A stretch of 64,000 nt of DNA from Trichoplax adhaerens. Its lineage: Eukaryota > Animalia > Placozoa. Under the pieces are notes generated by a model. That model was not told where the DNA came from, searched no databases, and saw only the letters and a list, made by a program, of their open reading frames with translations. Shown piece after piece: positions 1 through 13,330 of this stretch (its first letter is position 1; the number at the start of each line of letters is the position of its first letter). A program made the translations under genes and the position numbers. The stretch spans positions 1,284,287 through 1,348,286 of the forward strand of contig NW_002060955.1 of NCBI RefSeq assembly GCF_000150275.1, in the 5' to 3' direction.

Positions 1-822
1 CGTTGGTGTTGCTATCTGGAAGTTAGGATTACTGCAATTGCATTTCGATTGGCATGACAGTGACAGCTTGTTCGATAACAAGATTAAATTAATACTGATA
101 ATTTACAAATTAAAGTATACGCGTATATGCCGTTAGATTAGATCATCGTTCCGCTGCCGGCTAACAAGCTTCAAAGTAATGTTGTTTAAACATGTACACA
201 GTTCTGTGTACAATAATATTTGCATTCTGTTATTATAACTTGATCAGTTTGAAATAGATTTTACCTTAAAATCTGCCTATAATACAACGAAGTACCGAAA
301 TTTGGACTATCATTTAGTTATCTATAGTAGAGCACTCGCGTTGATTAAGATAGCAAGACAACAAGCAAGTCCATGTGAAATTCAATCATTATATCTCTTT
401 TATCTATTCCTGATGAAATCGATCATTAAGATAGTGAAATAGATAACTACGTAACTGTTTATTTACTCGATTAAGTTGACATTGATAATATTTGGTAATA
501 GTAGAAATAATTTTTTGAACTGGTGATGAAATTGATTGTCGGCAAAAATAAGTTTGTTTCAATGATAAATGATTACTGTTTGAATAAAGGCCATTCATAT
601 ATCATCAGCAATATCAATTATCCATGTCTAGCTGTTTATATTGACTGACTGTAATCCATTTCTAGTTTACTTATCAAGTTGATTTGTTCTGGTGTGATAT
701 GATGAAATTGAAAATGCAATTTTTATAGTTGATAAATTATCATAGTCAAATTTCGCTTATTAAGTAAGAGCGATATCAGTCTGTACGTTCATCTAGCCAT
801 GACATCATGCATTGCATCTTAC

Positions 823-895
823 CATATTCAATTCCTCCTAAGAGAAAGAAGACGCCAATAGACACATTGGTGGAGATTACCTTCCACCGTTTCAT
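823..895 (-). CDS. First coding exon of an MFSD8/CLN7-like MFS transporter; the gene continues off the left edge of the window
   Basis: ATG at 895 reads MKRWKVISTNVSIGVFFLLGGIEY, then a phase-1 GTAAG donor at 822. The 'xxFFLxGIEY(A)' TM1 pattern resembles invertebrate MFSD8-like proteins. No convincing second exon in 1-820. Confidence 0.6.
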
Positions 896-1344
896 CTCTG
901 CGGTAGATGAACCGGTTACTTGGTAATGTTGATACGATAAACTTGAAGGATGAAGGCAGAAGAATATCTCTCCCTAATCAAGGAGAGAAATGCCTGCACT
1001 TGGATGCTATCGCAAGTAGGATCTTCTTCTATCGACTAGCAGCTTAGCTTGATCAAATCGTCTTCCAACAAGTTATATTGAAGGAAATGCTTTTCTACCG
1101 AATGGAAGAGTATTCAAAGTATGCCAACTCTGTCTACCCAATAGTAGATGGCACTAGTATCAACGTTTTCTGATGAGTGTTTTGATTATATCATGGATAG
1201 CTCAAATTGTTCCAATCTTATATTATCGAGTGATCTAATAAACTATCCAAATTCAATATGGAGCTAAGACACTATTTAGAATAGACAGCCGGGCGAAATT
1301 GCCATGACATCATAGCCATGATTGCAAATCACCCCATCAAGCTA

Positions 1345-1670
1345 TGACGTACCGCACCGTACCGTACCGTACCGATGCCAAAGACTCTGTGTACAGAAAT
1401 GGAGAAGTACGACTATACTGTACGATACAGTACTGTACAGTACCGTATGTACAACATAAAGTACACTGACCACACTGCAGACTATGGACCGACGTTTTGC
1501 AGTACAGTAGAGTACAGTACAGTACCGTACAGTACAAAGCACGGTAACCGGCTTGGCCGGGCTGTACACTGTACACTGTACGTATCGGACAGACAGCCTG
1601 AAGCCATAAAAGAACTCTTTCATGTACAGTTTTATAGTCGATGGCACAGTTGTCCCCGGTACAGGAGTAC
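1345..1670. repeat. Low-complexity TACAGTA/TACTGTA (GTAC-rich) array upstream of the MFSD8-like start
   Basis: Dense runs of gtacagtac/gtactgtac/accgtaccgt. The overlapping Tyr/Cys/Thr/Val-rich ORFs are translations of this repeat. Confidence 0.85.
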
Positions 1671-1789
1671 TCCAATGCATGTTTACAACCGCCGATGAAT
1701 GTGGTGGGGGTGGGTGGCCAGTCCATCACATGATACTGACAGTAGTGTAGTATAAAAGATGGAAAGAAAAGAGGAAGAAAACACGCCAT

Positions 1790-2850
1790 GATGAAAGCAC
1801 TTTCAAAATGGCGATCATATCACCCTATCTAAACCCCAAATTACTCTGTAATTGGTTCTATCATTGTTGGATGCTGCATGAAAGCACTTTGCAAAATTGC
1901 CATCACACCACCCAGTCTAAACCCCATATTACTCTACTGTATACTAGGCTCTAACATTGTTGGATGCTGCGTGAAAGCACTCTGAAAAATTGAGATCACA
2001 CCACCCAATCTAAACCCCATGAAAGCACATTAAAAATTACGATCACACCACCTAATCTAAACCCCATATTACTGTACTGTTGTAGTGATGCACCCTATAT
2101 TTGCTTGTAGCGATAGCTATATTTGATTGTGTTGTGTACTATATTTAGAATAGTTAAGTTTCTAAAAATAGATATTCTTGTGCTGCTAGATTTAGGTGAC
2201 TGGTAACTACTATATTAGAAAGTGTTATTCACTAATATAGCTGTTAACTAATTATGGTACAGGACGTTATACGACTTGAAATACTAAGATTGTAAAGATG
2301 CCCAATACCTTACTGTGTTGGACATTAATGGTAAAGTAATAATATTGTAAGCAGTTTGATTAATACTGTAAAATGTAGTGATGATTCATGTCTGATTGTA
2401 GACGATGTTATTGCCTTAAATAGATTCAGAGAAAAGTATATAAGGTGTACAAATCTGAGCGTAAAGGAGGAGAAAAGATTTGATATCTAATTGAGCTCAG
2501 ATTACTTTAGACTAGATTCTTGTGAGTAATTAATTATTGCTGTACTATTCTTTAGAACCTTGTAATAAAAAGCTTTTATAGTACTGGATTCCTCTGTGGA
2601 CTAAAATTACTGTGGAAACGATATTACAATTGCCATCACACCACCCAGTCTAAACCCCATATTACTCTACTGTATACTAGGCTCTAACATTGTTGGATGC
2701 TGCGTGAAAGCACTCTGAAAAATTGAGATCACACCACCCAATCTAAACCCCATGAAAGCACTTTAAAAATTACGATCACACCACCTAATCTAAACCCCAT
2801 ATTACTGTACTGTATACTTGGCTCTACCATTGTTGGATGCTGCATAAAAA
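1790..2850. repeat. ~90-bp minisatellite (gaaagcact...atcacaccac...tctaaacccc...cattgttggatgctgc) interrupted by an insert; 1896-2080 is duplicated at 2629-2813
   Basis: gaaagcac recurs at ~1793, 1880, 1973, 2021 and again at ~2706, 2754. The two 185-bp blocks differ at one visible base. Confidence 0.9.
2081..2628 (+). mobile_element. Putative solo LTR (548 bp)
   Basis: Unique insert inside the minisatellite. Begins TGTAGT and ends ATTACA (TG...CA with short imperfect inverted ends). TATATAA at 2437 and AATAAA at 2564 are in U3-R order. No 4-6 bp TSD. Confidence 0.5.
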
Positions 2851-3181
2851 GATGATGGTTTACTGCATAGACTGAGCGAGTATTCAATCCATTTCAGATT
2901 TGCTATCGTATGGTTGGATGAATTGGATATGACCTGAGGTTCTAATGGAGTAGGTTGCAAACTTACTCTTTGCATCAAGATAAGAATTCATGGAGATTGA
3001 TTCTCATTGCAATGATATTAATTAACGTTGAGAGTAGAATGTACTGTGTAGTACGAACCTTGAAAGGCGATGTACAATGTACATAAAGTGTCGACCAGAG
3101 GTAAAAGAAACGCATCATTAGTTGGTCATTTCCGACTTGTATTAAAGGTTTACCTCGATGCGTTAAGCTAATTGATTATGC

Positions 3182-3226
3182 CATGGACGACGAGAAAGAA
3201 ATCTGATTTCTTTCTCGTCATCCATG
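3182..3226. repeat. 45-bp near-perfect palindrome (22-bp arms, 1-nt spacer)
   Basis: catggacgacgagaaagaaatc-t-gatttctttctcgtcatccatg; one mismatch between arms. Confidence 0.9.
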
Positions 3227-3911
3227 ATTAAGTAAACAATCACAGAAATAGAAGAGATTAAGCTGGCAGTCCAAGAAATGAGTAAAACAAAAGAAAATCC
3301 ACTTTTAGTCATATTGCAAGCGTCCAGTCATTTACTACCACATGCACCTACATCATGGAGTAGTCCATGGCTGACATGGGACAATTGTATGACAGATATC
3401 CATCAGCTAGTACAGCCAAGAGTAGAATCATACGCCGATTTATTCAAGGTTGTGGAAGTATTCTTGTAATCATTCCAACTTAACGAATTAATGATGCACT
3501 GATACACAAAGGCACCTGCCGGCGTCATCACCTAACCACAAAGGGATCATGGAAACTGCAGCGGAAAGGCATACTCCATTGTTCATGGCTCCTCCTCAGC
3601 ATAAAATTTCTGTTAGCCATTTCGACCAACTACTGTACCATGAAGCAGTAGAAGACCTATTCAGCAAATCGATTCTTTTAGTAGCCCTCGATATGATCTA
3701 GTTAGTCAATGACTGCAGATTGAGTAGCAATCGATTGCTGGACAGACATCTTTGAGGAGTGATTGACGTTGGCCATCAGTACTGCAGCCATTTCAGATAC
3801 GATAGCCCCCCGTAGTCGAGTTGATTTATTACAGTCTTACAGAACAGACTAAAGTCATTAAATCCTTGTTGGCTCTGTGGTGACTAAAGTCAAGCCAATG
3901 CATGATTGAAG

Positions 3912-6900
3912 ATGGCTGATGAATATCAACCTTTGGTTGGCCATGATGGTCAGGAATCGGTCTCCGTCATCTCTCGTCGCAATAAATTAGTAGTCATGGT
4001 GCTGATGTCCACTGTTTACTTCTTAATCTCATCAGTCTATGCTCTGCTCTCGCCCTTTTTTCCACAAGTGGTATGCATAACCCTATGTTGATGATACTTT
4101 AACTGTCAGTAAAATAGTCATACAAAATCAGCTCATAGTCAAATAAGTAGATAACTCGATAGCCACAGTACTAGCAACAACTATCCGGTCAATAGTAGTT
4201 CGTCAAAGCAAAATTTGAATATTGGCTGATGATTCATGACCGCAGTCGATCAATTCGATACTGTAGGCAGTTGATGGAAAATGCCGTACGTTCAAAGTAA
4301 AGTCTGAATGCTGTACCATGGACTCTTATAATACACGTAGACAGATGCATGGATGCGTCCATTTGTAGTCCACGGTTATGTAATGATTTACTACAATAAT
4401 TAATTAATGATAGTACTCTATTCATGTAGGGTTGCCTAGAAGGAATTCGAGAATTAATGGGAAATGTTAATATTTACTGAGTTTGAGTGTCACTGTAGAG
4501 TGTATCAACTCATTACTAGTTACTTTAGAAGGATAGAAATGAAGTTGTTAGGCTTGATAGTAACAAGACTATAATCTTCTTATTATATTCTGCGTCCGAT
4601 AAAAATAAGTTAATGTTCACTAACAGCTTTGCAACAAGATAATGTAATGTACGATCAATAAGTCAATTCCTTGAACCACAAATCAAGGAACGATATCTGC
4701 ACTATCAGGAACACTTTTGCTCTACTAGTAGACTACACAAAGACTTAGATGCCTCATATTTTACGTTAAACACTAAGTTCAAGAATTAATTTTATTATAC
4801 GATATACTGCAATTATATACTCTTCCTTAATATAGCTATTAATTTCATTACATGCATATGTCACAGCCACAAAAAGCCAGTGCTATATTAAAATGCAGTA
4901 TATCCAAATTAGAAGTTAACTAAATAAGGATAGGCTAACAAAATTATCCTAACATAGATATTTTTACTCTAATACTGTATGTAACACTGTCACAGATAGC
5001 TAATAGATGGAGTGCAGAACATCGGTCAAAGATGGTCATTGACTATGACTGTATCTTATGGGTTAAAGGAAAGTGTTTGTATATTGTGCAGTGAGTTATG
5101 ATCATGATACGTAGTCGAGTGGGATAGATTCTAGTCAGAAATTTCAATGTACATCACAGTACTTGATACAGTACATTGGTCCAACATTGGCATCGACTTG
5201 GACTATGTCTTATAGATTAAAGCTAAATGTTTCTATGTTGTACAATGATTTACGATCAGGATACGTAGTCGAGTGGGCTAGATTCTAGTCAGATAATTCA
5301 ATGTACAGACAGTACTTGATGGAGTACATTGGCCAAACATTAACATTGACTTGGACTATGCCTTATAAATTCAAGCAAAGTATTTCTATGTTTTGCAATG
5401 ATTTATGATCATGATACGTAATTGTGTAAGCTAGATTCTAGTCAGATAATTAAATGTACGGTACAGTGCTTGATGGAATGCATTGGTCAAACATCGATAC
5501 TTGGACTGTATTTTGTACGTTAAAGATAGATGGAGTTCAATCGTCAAGATGTCATGAAATGGATTATATTGCAATAAACGAGGAAGGCTAGACGTAGAAA
5601 TGGAGTCACGGCTTTAGTGGAGTTTTATTAAATGAATTAGTAGTGTCGTTCTAATGTAGTGGAAATTAGCTAATAATTAACATATATAATGATAAGATAA
5701 CAGGAAAATACAAATATAGGCCAACAGGTTAATGTTAATCTTTAATAAATCCATAAATCAGTCCAACTTGGCTAATTGTTGACGTCCTCTACCGAGTTTG
5801 TGCTGGATCTTGTTATGTTTTATAATACAGTATAACTAGAATTTTACACAACAAAATTTAAGGATCGAGTAAATATATTACACAATTTCAAATCATTTAT
5901 TATTCTGTTCATTCAAGTAATCTATGGATAATTATTCCCATATAGGCTAAAAGCAGAGGTGTCTCTCATACTGAAATTGGTCTTATTTTCGCTGTATATC
6001 CAATATTTACTCTACTTACTTCCCCCATATGTGGAATTTTGGTAAGGTGTTACTTATTGACACCGTGCAATCATGACATACATTGATGACGAAGATATAT
6101 AAACTATACCATTGCAGAATACAAAATTAATGAATTGATATATTGTATCTTTTAAGCAATACTAAATAAAAATATTGCTGATAATTTTAGCCATACTTTC
6201 CCTTACTCCAAGTCATGCAAACATTTGATAAAGTAAATTTTTTTGGTGTACAACTTGTAGAAGATCAGTATCCTAGCAGTTAATGCAGTGTGTTAAGACA
6301 ATCAGTTATTGTTAATTATAAAAACTAAAACTATACACAGTTTGTAGATATAACAATAATAACATTATGCCTATTGCGATAAAGTAGGTGACCTACTAAC
6401 TATATACATCATAGTTACCTCGCATAGGTGTCGTCTTTGCGTTATGGGCTGGAATAGCCATCGAAGCAGGCTGTAATATTCTTTTTGGGTAAGACAACTG
6501 CGTCTAGAACAATATATACTTAAAATATTATTATGACACTGATTAATTATAGTAATCAGCCTATTCCTACACTACACTGACTATATGACATACACGTGCA
6601 TATTTGTAGGATAACCGTGTCATAATAGATGAACGTTACTAAATTAAACTAAAAATGCTTTTCTTACCTTTTGTAATTTTTCATAGATTTCTACCTAGTG
6701 TGCTAGATCGTGGACTGTTTGTGGCGTTTTGTTTAATTATTAGATCAATTCAAGGCGTTGCGTCTGCTTGTTCTTTAATTGCTGCCTTAGCCATCGTATC
6801 ATCCGTCTTTGCTGACAACGTTGCAACTGCCACGGTTAGTGATTAAGTGCAGTAATTTCTCATCCATGTCTATCTGATAGCCTTAGTTTAGTCTCGATAA

Positions 6901-9152
6901 TTTTACTGGAATGTGTCTAATGTTATTCATATATCGATCCAAGATGTATGGTTTAATTCGTAATTATGTTGATGCATATCACAAGCCTTTTCAAATGTCA
7001 GCGAGACATTTGGTAACCATTTCAGGATAATCTGCAATTGTAATATTCTATTTTTTCTTCGTATTCTTACATAGAGCACATTAGAAACATTTAGTGCTTT
7101 AGGATTAATGGCTGGACCCCCTATTGGTGGCCTACTATATCAGGTATTATACACAAATCAGTATCTATGCCAATTGCAAGGAAGTTATTTTATGATCATC
7201 TTATTCAGGCTGGCGGCTTTAAACTGCCATTCATAGTGCTGGGGTCAGTTTCGCTGGTCATTGGATGTATTTCCATCTTCTTCATCCCTCGAATAGCATG
7301 TAATAGACTTTATTAAGAGAATACTCTCAATTTTTGTTAATCATTTTCGCCTTATTGTCATCTCCGTAGAATCAGCATAATATACGAGTATTTCTTAATC
7401 TTAAGTTGAATTATGTAACCTGTAGATGCTACCAGCTCACCTCCGTGGCGCTTAATGAAGCAACTAATTGTACATCCTAGAGTTATGATAATAAGTAAGA
7501 TAGAAAACGGAAGCTTCTGCAATTTTAAACCTTTATTTTATTTATTCAGGAGTATTCTGAATATTTAGACAGAATGATTTTATTACATTCTCTTTCATAT
7601 TTTGCCATACCATTAAACAACTAGCGATCCAGAAATCAACAATATTGAAAAGTAAAGTCACTAATTGACACCTTTAAATTATTTAATTTTTATAGGTTTT
7701 GGGGTAGCTTTACAAATGCTTGTTATAGGTTTCCTTGATCCGACACTATCGCTCCATCTAAAACCGGTCAGAACAAACTTTCTTTTTTAGTTTTTCTTAT
7801 AATGGCGTAAATTGATTCCAAATTATATTCATTTGCAATGTCGTTCCATCTTGTCTATAGCTTAACCTAACAACATCACAAATTGGCTTTATATTTCTTG
7901 CTCTACCTGCTGGTTATGGATTATTCAGTCCAGTATTTGGATACTTATCCGACCGTTTTGTTAGTTCAAAAAAGCAATTAAATATTTCATATCTTCATAC
8001 TTTATTACATTGAATAATGATAAATGTAAGATATTCCTAGATAATAGGAGAGCTTACTCAGTTTTAGTACGTTTGAGGATAATCTATACGTTTTACGGTA
8101 ACAGGGATACCGACCATTTATAATCTTTGGCTCTATCGGAATGGGTATATCTCTACTATTTGTTGGACCAGCTCCATTTATTCGGATTAAGTTGTACGTT
8201 CTCAATTTTTTATTAGCATGATGAGGTACCGTAGTACCTAACTGATAGAACTTTATCCTCTATTTAGATCTATAGGTCAATCTGTTCCATCTCTACTAGC
8301 ACTAGGAATTGCAGGCGCTGCTGCTATTACGACATCATTTGCCGATATCCTAGAAGTTGCAATGAAGGATTTGACGTATGGTCAACAATGATTAGAATTC
8401 AGTTTCAATGTTCAGGTGTTCATGGCATTGGCGGTATATTAAGACGTATTGCTACTATCTTTAGGAATGATAATCCTGATGAAAGTAGTGATTTTGTAAT
8501 TCATTCCGTAGTTTCTGGACTTTTTACGACGGCTCTTTCTCTCGGGTATGCCTTCTGTTTGTGCATTAATCATAATTATCAAGAAATGTAATCTTACTTC
8601 ATTAGAACCTAGAATTACACTTTAACAATTAATAGTTTCAGAAATTAACAACTGTTGTAATGAATCACTACTAGCCAAGTTGTAGGACCCATCGTAGGAG
8701 GGATTTTCACTTCCTTATCTCAAACATCATTTGACCGAACAGCTATGGTGAGATTCATCTTATTCATTCCGCAACTATTTCAATGCTAAGATCTAAAAGC
8801 TCATTAGACTGAATGAGTAGTTATCATCCTTGATTTAATTAATATACATTTTTAAACTGCAATGCGCTTATATAGGGAATAGGCTTTGCTATCATGACCC
8901 AGGTAAGTGTAATCTTCTATTAACTATTGATTTTTCACCGCAAATATATGTTCTACAATTTTGTAAGATTTGTGTAATCAAGCTCGTACCTTAATTTTCA
9001 CGATTAAATAATATAAAAATTGAACAAGCGGTCCAATAACTTAGTATAAAGAAAACTTACTGATGCCTATTTTACATTTAAATTGATAATGGTACTACTT
9101 CTAGGGATTAATAGTACTCATTTTAACTGTTTCTGAAAAATTTTCACGCTGA
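3912..9152 (+). CDS. SLC18B1: MFS-type transporter, SLC18B1-like, 15 coding exons
   Basis: Hand-spliced GT-AG exons: 3912-4070, 5946-6041, 6415-6488, 6687-6834, 7075-7143, 7209-7299, 7426-7494, 7696-7766, 7861-7959, 8105-8193, 8268-8375, 8465-8545, 8675-8747, 8876-8902, 9105-9152. They give a continuous frame with SLC18B1-type motifs (LSPFFP, IRSIQGV, LETFSALGLMAGPPIGGLLY, GGFKLPF, GFLDPTLSLHL, GYLSDR, VSGLF, GQVVGPIVGG). Confidence 0.9.
5045..5520. repeat. ~155-bp tandem repeat, about 3 copies, in intron 1 of the SLC18B1-like gene
   Basis: gatacgta...tagattctagtcaga...aatgtac...acagt(a/g)cttgat...cattgg...acttggact recurs three times. Confidence 0.85.
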
Positions 9153-12100
9153 AACTCAAGGTAAATTGGTTACAGCTAACGAATCGACATTTAAATTTTT
9201 ACTAAAAATATTACAGTTACTTGCATGGAGATTCTACTACTCTTTCGATAAGTCTATATGTTCATTAAATTGTCATATCTACTTCTTTTCTAGGAATAAT
9301 CACTTATAGACAAACTCGAATATTGGTAACAATTAAGGTTATTTTATTATACTAGATAATAAGTGAATAAAACTTGTATGGAATGTTTCTCCACCTTTTA
9401 TTTATCCTACCGACATTTGTAGAAATGGAATTATTTTATTTATAATATCCTGCATAGGACTCAAAACTCAATTTTAAGCTATCTACTGTGTCTGTGCGCT
9501 GTGTCTGTACAACATAATATTCATGATGCTTTACCTTTTAGTTAATAGATTTGAAGGTTCTAAGTGCCCTTTAACGGAAACGATCATGAAGACAAAATTG
9601 TTACTTTATGCCAAAGTTAAATTGGCTTTGGCATACTAGGAGATATTTGAGGCTCTGAACGGTTAATCCATCTTCGATTACTAAAAGGCTGCCATATATT
9701 TATTCGGATAGTTGGATTTAAGCATTCTCTGAAGACCTGCGAATGATACCGTCTGATGATTTTAAACAGCTAATTCTATTGCACTCTATCTTGTAAGTTT
9801 TAAACTTTGTTATTATCGCTAAATTACTATCAATCATATTTATAAGGATTCTAATAAGTCACAATTCATTTCCTTTGTGCTGGGAGTGAAAATAACTTAG
9901 AAGATTATATCATATAAAAATCGTTTATAATACAAACTTATGTCTACTGGTGTGGATAAACAGTTTTAAATTAAACGACTTGTGTGAAACTTATAAAGTG
10001 TACACAATAATAGAAGTTTATTAGATTGTACTTTTTGATAAGTTGCAATAATTAATTAGTTTAAGCCGAAAGTGTGAAGGCAAATCTAGTGCTACGAAAT
10101 TCAAAAATTGATCAGAAAAGAGCAAAATAAAAGCTGGGTTCAACGGAATATTCGTATTTCTGATAGTTCATCAGAGATTTTGATGCTAGATTATTTATCA
10201 AATTTTTTACATATTGTATTGTTCCACGTAGATAATTAAGTTAGATTGCTGTATTTTAACAACAGCTATAATGTAACAAAATTATACTTGTCACAATCAA
10301 TGCAAACGATCGCATTATTTTATCAGCTTTCTTCTACTACGTAAATTAATTAATATAATGCATGCTGCAGTGATTTGCGCATCCCATGTAGTATCTGGAA
10401 GATAGACGCTTCATAGTTATCAATAATATTTATGTGCAATCAAATTGCATATCCTAGTAATTCTTGCCTCTGAATATATATCGGAAATCCAGGAGTCCAG
10501 TTACCGTTAAATTGCAAATAAATCCATATCATAGCTGTATCTATTAATGATAATTATTTCATTCACTTGCACACTGCAAAACAGCTCGCGCAGCAAAGTG
10601 CAATAGTCTTTTAAAGAGAAATTTCTTGACAGCAGCGTATTCATGAGTTCGTACTATTACAGCATCAATGAAAGGCTTCTTACCTGTTAAAATCTGACAT
10701 GTATGTCTAATACAATTCATTTTTGTAACAAGTGCACGACATAAAAACCTTAAGATTTTCAAAGAAAACTATTTGGTCTAATTTATTTTGATGTACTAAC
10801 ACGTATAAAGGGAAAGTTCATTTATTTAAAATTCGAAAAAAAAGTCTGAAAAATAGTTTGTCTGCAGCAGTAGCTCAATACTGTGTCTTCACTTATATGG
10901 TTTCTACTCAAATGAAAGTAATGGTTGGGTACTTGTTTTATGTAGTAGATTTGATCTTAAAGAGCATAAAGTCAAGAAAATTGAACAGATGAACTAGCAT
11001 TTAATATCGATTTAATCGCAGTAGGATAGTTAACAACTTTAAATAACTATATCAACATTTAATCTCAATTTTGATAGATAGTTGTGTAGCTATTGCCAGT
11101 ACTAAAGCTAAAATCTGCTAATTCATCAACCTTAGTCACATCGTTATTATAATCATTTTACATAAATTTTCGTGGCGATCATATTATTTATCGATATCTT
11201 CATTTTCTGAATTAGCTAACGTACTATTTGAATTTGCTACTGTCACAATTTCACTTCTGCGACAAGGTAACGTACAGTAAAAGTCTATAAGTAGCTACTG
11301 ACTTAAACGACCTTTTACTTAACGTTAAATACACACAGCAAAAGACTGTAAAGATGAAGCTTTTATTAGCAAAGATACGTCTACAACTTTTTACCACCCT
11401 CTCAACTTAAATGTTCCCGTTTATATAGGAACCGTCTAATTTGTAAACAACAACAGTATTATTATTATACCTTACTAGGAGAATCATCTCGAACTAAGAT
11501 GCTCCTTACGTAGCTTTTCTATCAGTAAATATTTTGAATCTCTTACTCATACTTAATCTTAATCTAAGCTCGTAGGTTGTCTAATTCAACTATCATCAAC
11601 TAGAACTTGAATCATCCTACTGCTATCTATCACACAATAACAATCAATATCAAATATGTAATGAACTATTACAAACAACATCCACGTTAAGGTATTACTT
11701 ATCTTACCTAGCACTACAAATATGGATATTCTCCATACTAGCTACTACTGTACTTATTAAACTATCCTAATGACAAGGCAACACCATAACAGCTACTCAG
11801 TATCTTGTCATCTACTGTATGATAGTTGCAAGTTGGCCCAACCATTCGAAACTGATCATCGATGCATAAAAGACTGATGTCTATCTTCTATCGGAGCCCT
11901 TACTAAGCTATCTAGTGGATGCACTGTATCTATATATTGGTACTGTGTCAGTAACTTCATTTAGTTTCCTTCAAAGTCTCCCGCTAAAGGAACGAATAAA
12001 TTAATTTAGGTGAAACTTATTAGCTGTCTTTATTTTGAAAAAAAGTTAAAGTTGATTACACGGCACACATTATTCCGTTTACTACGTACTAGATTAGCTT

Positions 12101-12859
12101 ACACTAAATATCACGGGAAATTGTATTTTGAACCTATTGACTGCTCTATTAAGATACACAGTAAAATTGGTTCATAAAATTTAATACAGATTAATGGAAC
12201 TACACTAAAAGATACAGTATTTGTTCCAAATAGATTCATCAGCAGCATTGTTGATTTAATTTATAATATAATAATAAAACAAACAGTTTAATAAAGTTGC
12301 GGTGAACAAAAGACCATTTCTCATGGAATAATTCGAAAATTGGATATAGAAGCTCAGCAAAATATGTAGATAACAACTAGTTGTGAACCAGGTAAGATGT
12401 AGTAGAACCAGAAATGTCATAGATAGTAATTGTAATCAGAGCTCAGTTATTATGAATACATTTAGTCGGATATAGGATTGAGAACATAATGGTAATTTAA
12501 TAGTTAACAACTAAAGCCACATAACAATTTTGTACGAGCCTTAGTCAAAGCCATCCTGATTCTTAAAATGTGAAACACTTTTCAAAATGTAGCGACATCA
12601 ACTATTGTTTGTACTACGCTTCATCAATGTCTTAAATTATTACTAACTTCCTCCGAAAAATATACTTTGATTGGTAAGAAGGATAGTTACTACAGTACAG
12701 TAGTACTCGCATTTATCATATTTTGTTATCCTGATATCAAAGATATTATATTATCTACTTATTTTGAAATATTTTTGATAGATATGTTATATTAATAGCT
12801 AAAAATTTTAATTGCTTACTCTAACAATGCAGTTTTATTGACAGCAAGCGCATCCAAGT

Positions 12860-13330
12860 ATTCTCTATTAGTGATATTAATGATACTCATTACAAATATT
12901 TAATTTTTTCAAGTTATAGAGCAGTCTAAAACTATTATCTATATGCTCCGAAATACAGTTTATTTGATAATGAAAACTCTTGTATACAAGTATTCTACTG
13001 CATTGACCTATATTGTCTCCTAAACTATTATCTGTTTGTTTCTGAAATACAATTTAAGAGATAATAAACGTTTGTAAGTATTTTACCCTATGATGCTCTA
13101 TCGATATCGAAAATTTTTATCTACTTCTCTTCAAATATGGCTTAAGTGATAGTTAAGACGCTCGGACACAAGTACTCTACCGTATTACGATAAGCTGATA
13201 TCTAAACCATTATTTATTTGTTCTGAAAATATTGCTTAATTTCTAATATGAATGTACAAGAATTCTGCTGTATTATCATAAGCTAATATCAAAAACTATT
13301 ATCTACCTATTCTAAAAATAAAGTTTGATT
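12860..13330. repeat. Degenerate ~85-90-bp tandem repeat, about 5 copies
   Basis: aaactattat...gaaata...caagtattct motifs recur periodically. Confidence 0.6.

Noticed and set aside
404-598. ORF as the second exon of the MFSD8-like gene
   Set aside because: Does not begin with the expected phase-1 'AVI..' continuation and runs into a stop.
1337-1789. Overlapping 107-150-aa ORFs rich in Y/C/T/V/S
   Set aside because: Translations of the TACAGTA low-complexity array; the same applies to 20944-21388.
8360-8375. Apparent non-canonical GA donor in SLC18B1 exon 11
   Set aside because: A canonical phase-2 GTATGG donor at 8376 keeps the frame.
9607-9640. Hairpin tatgccaaag...ctttggcata followed by CTAG as a Helitron 3' end
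   Set aside because: The hairpin abuts CTAG without the usual spacer, the next base is not T, and no 5' TC end can be assigned.
9723-9798. Single LRR-like exon (FSEDLRMIPSDDFKQLILLHSI + GTAAGT)
   Set aside because: No supporting neighbouring exons and inconsistent acceptor phase; too short to support.
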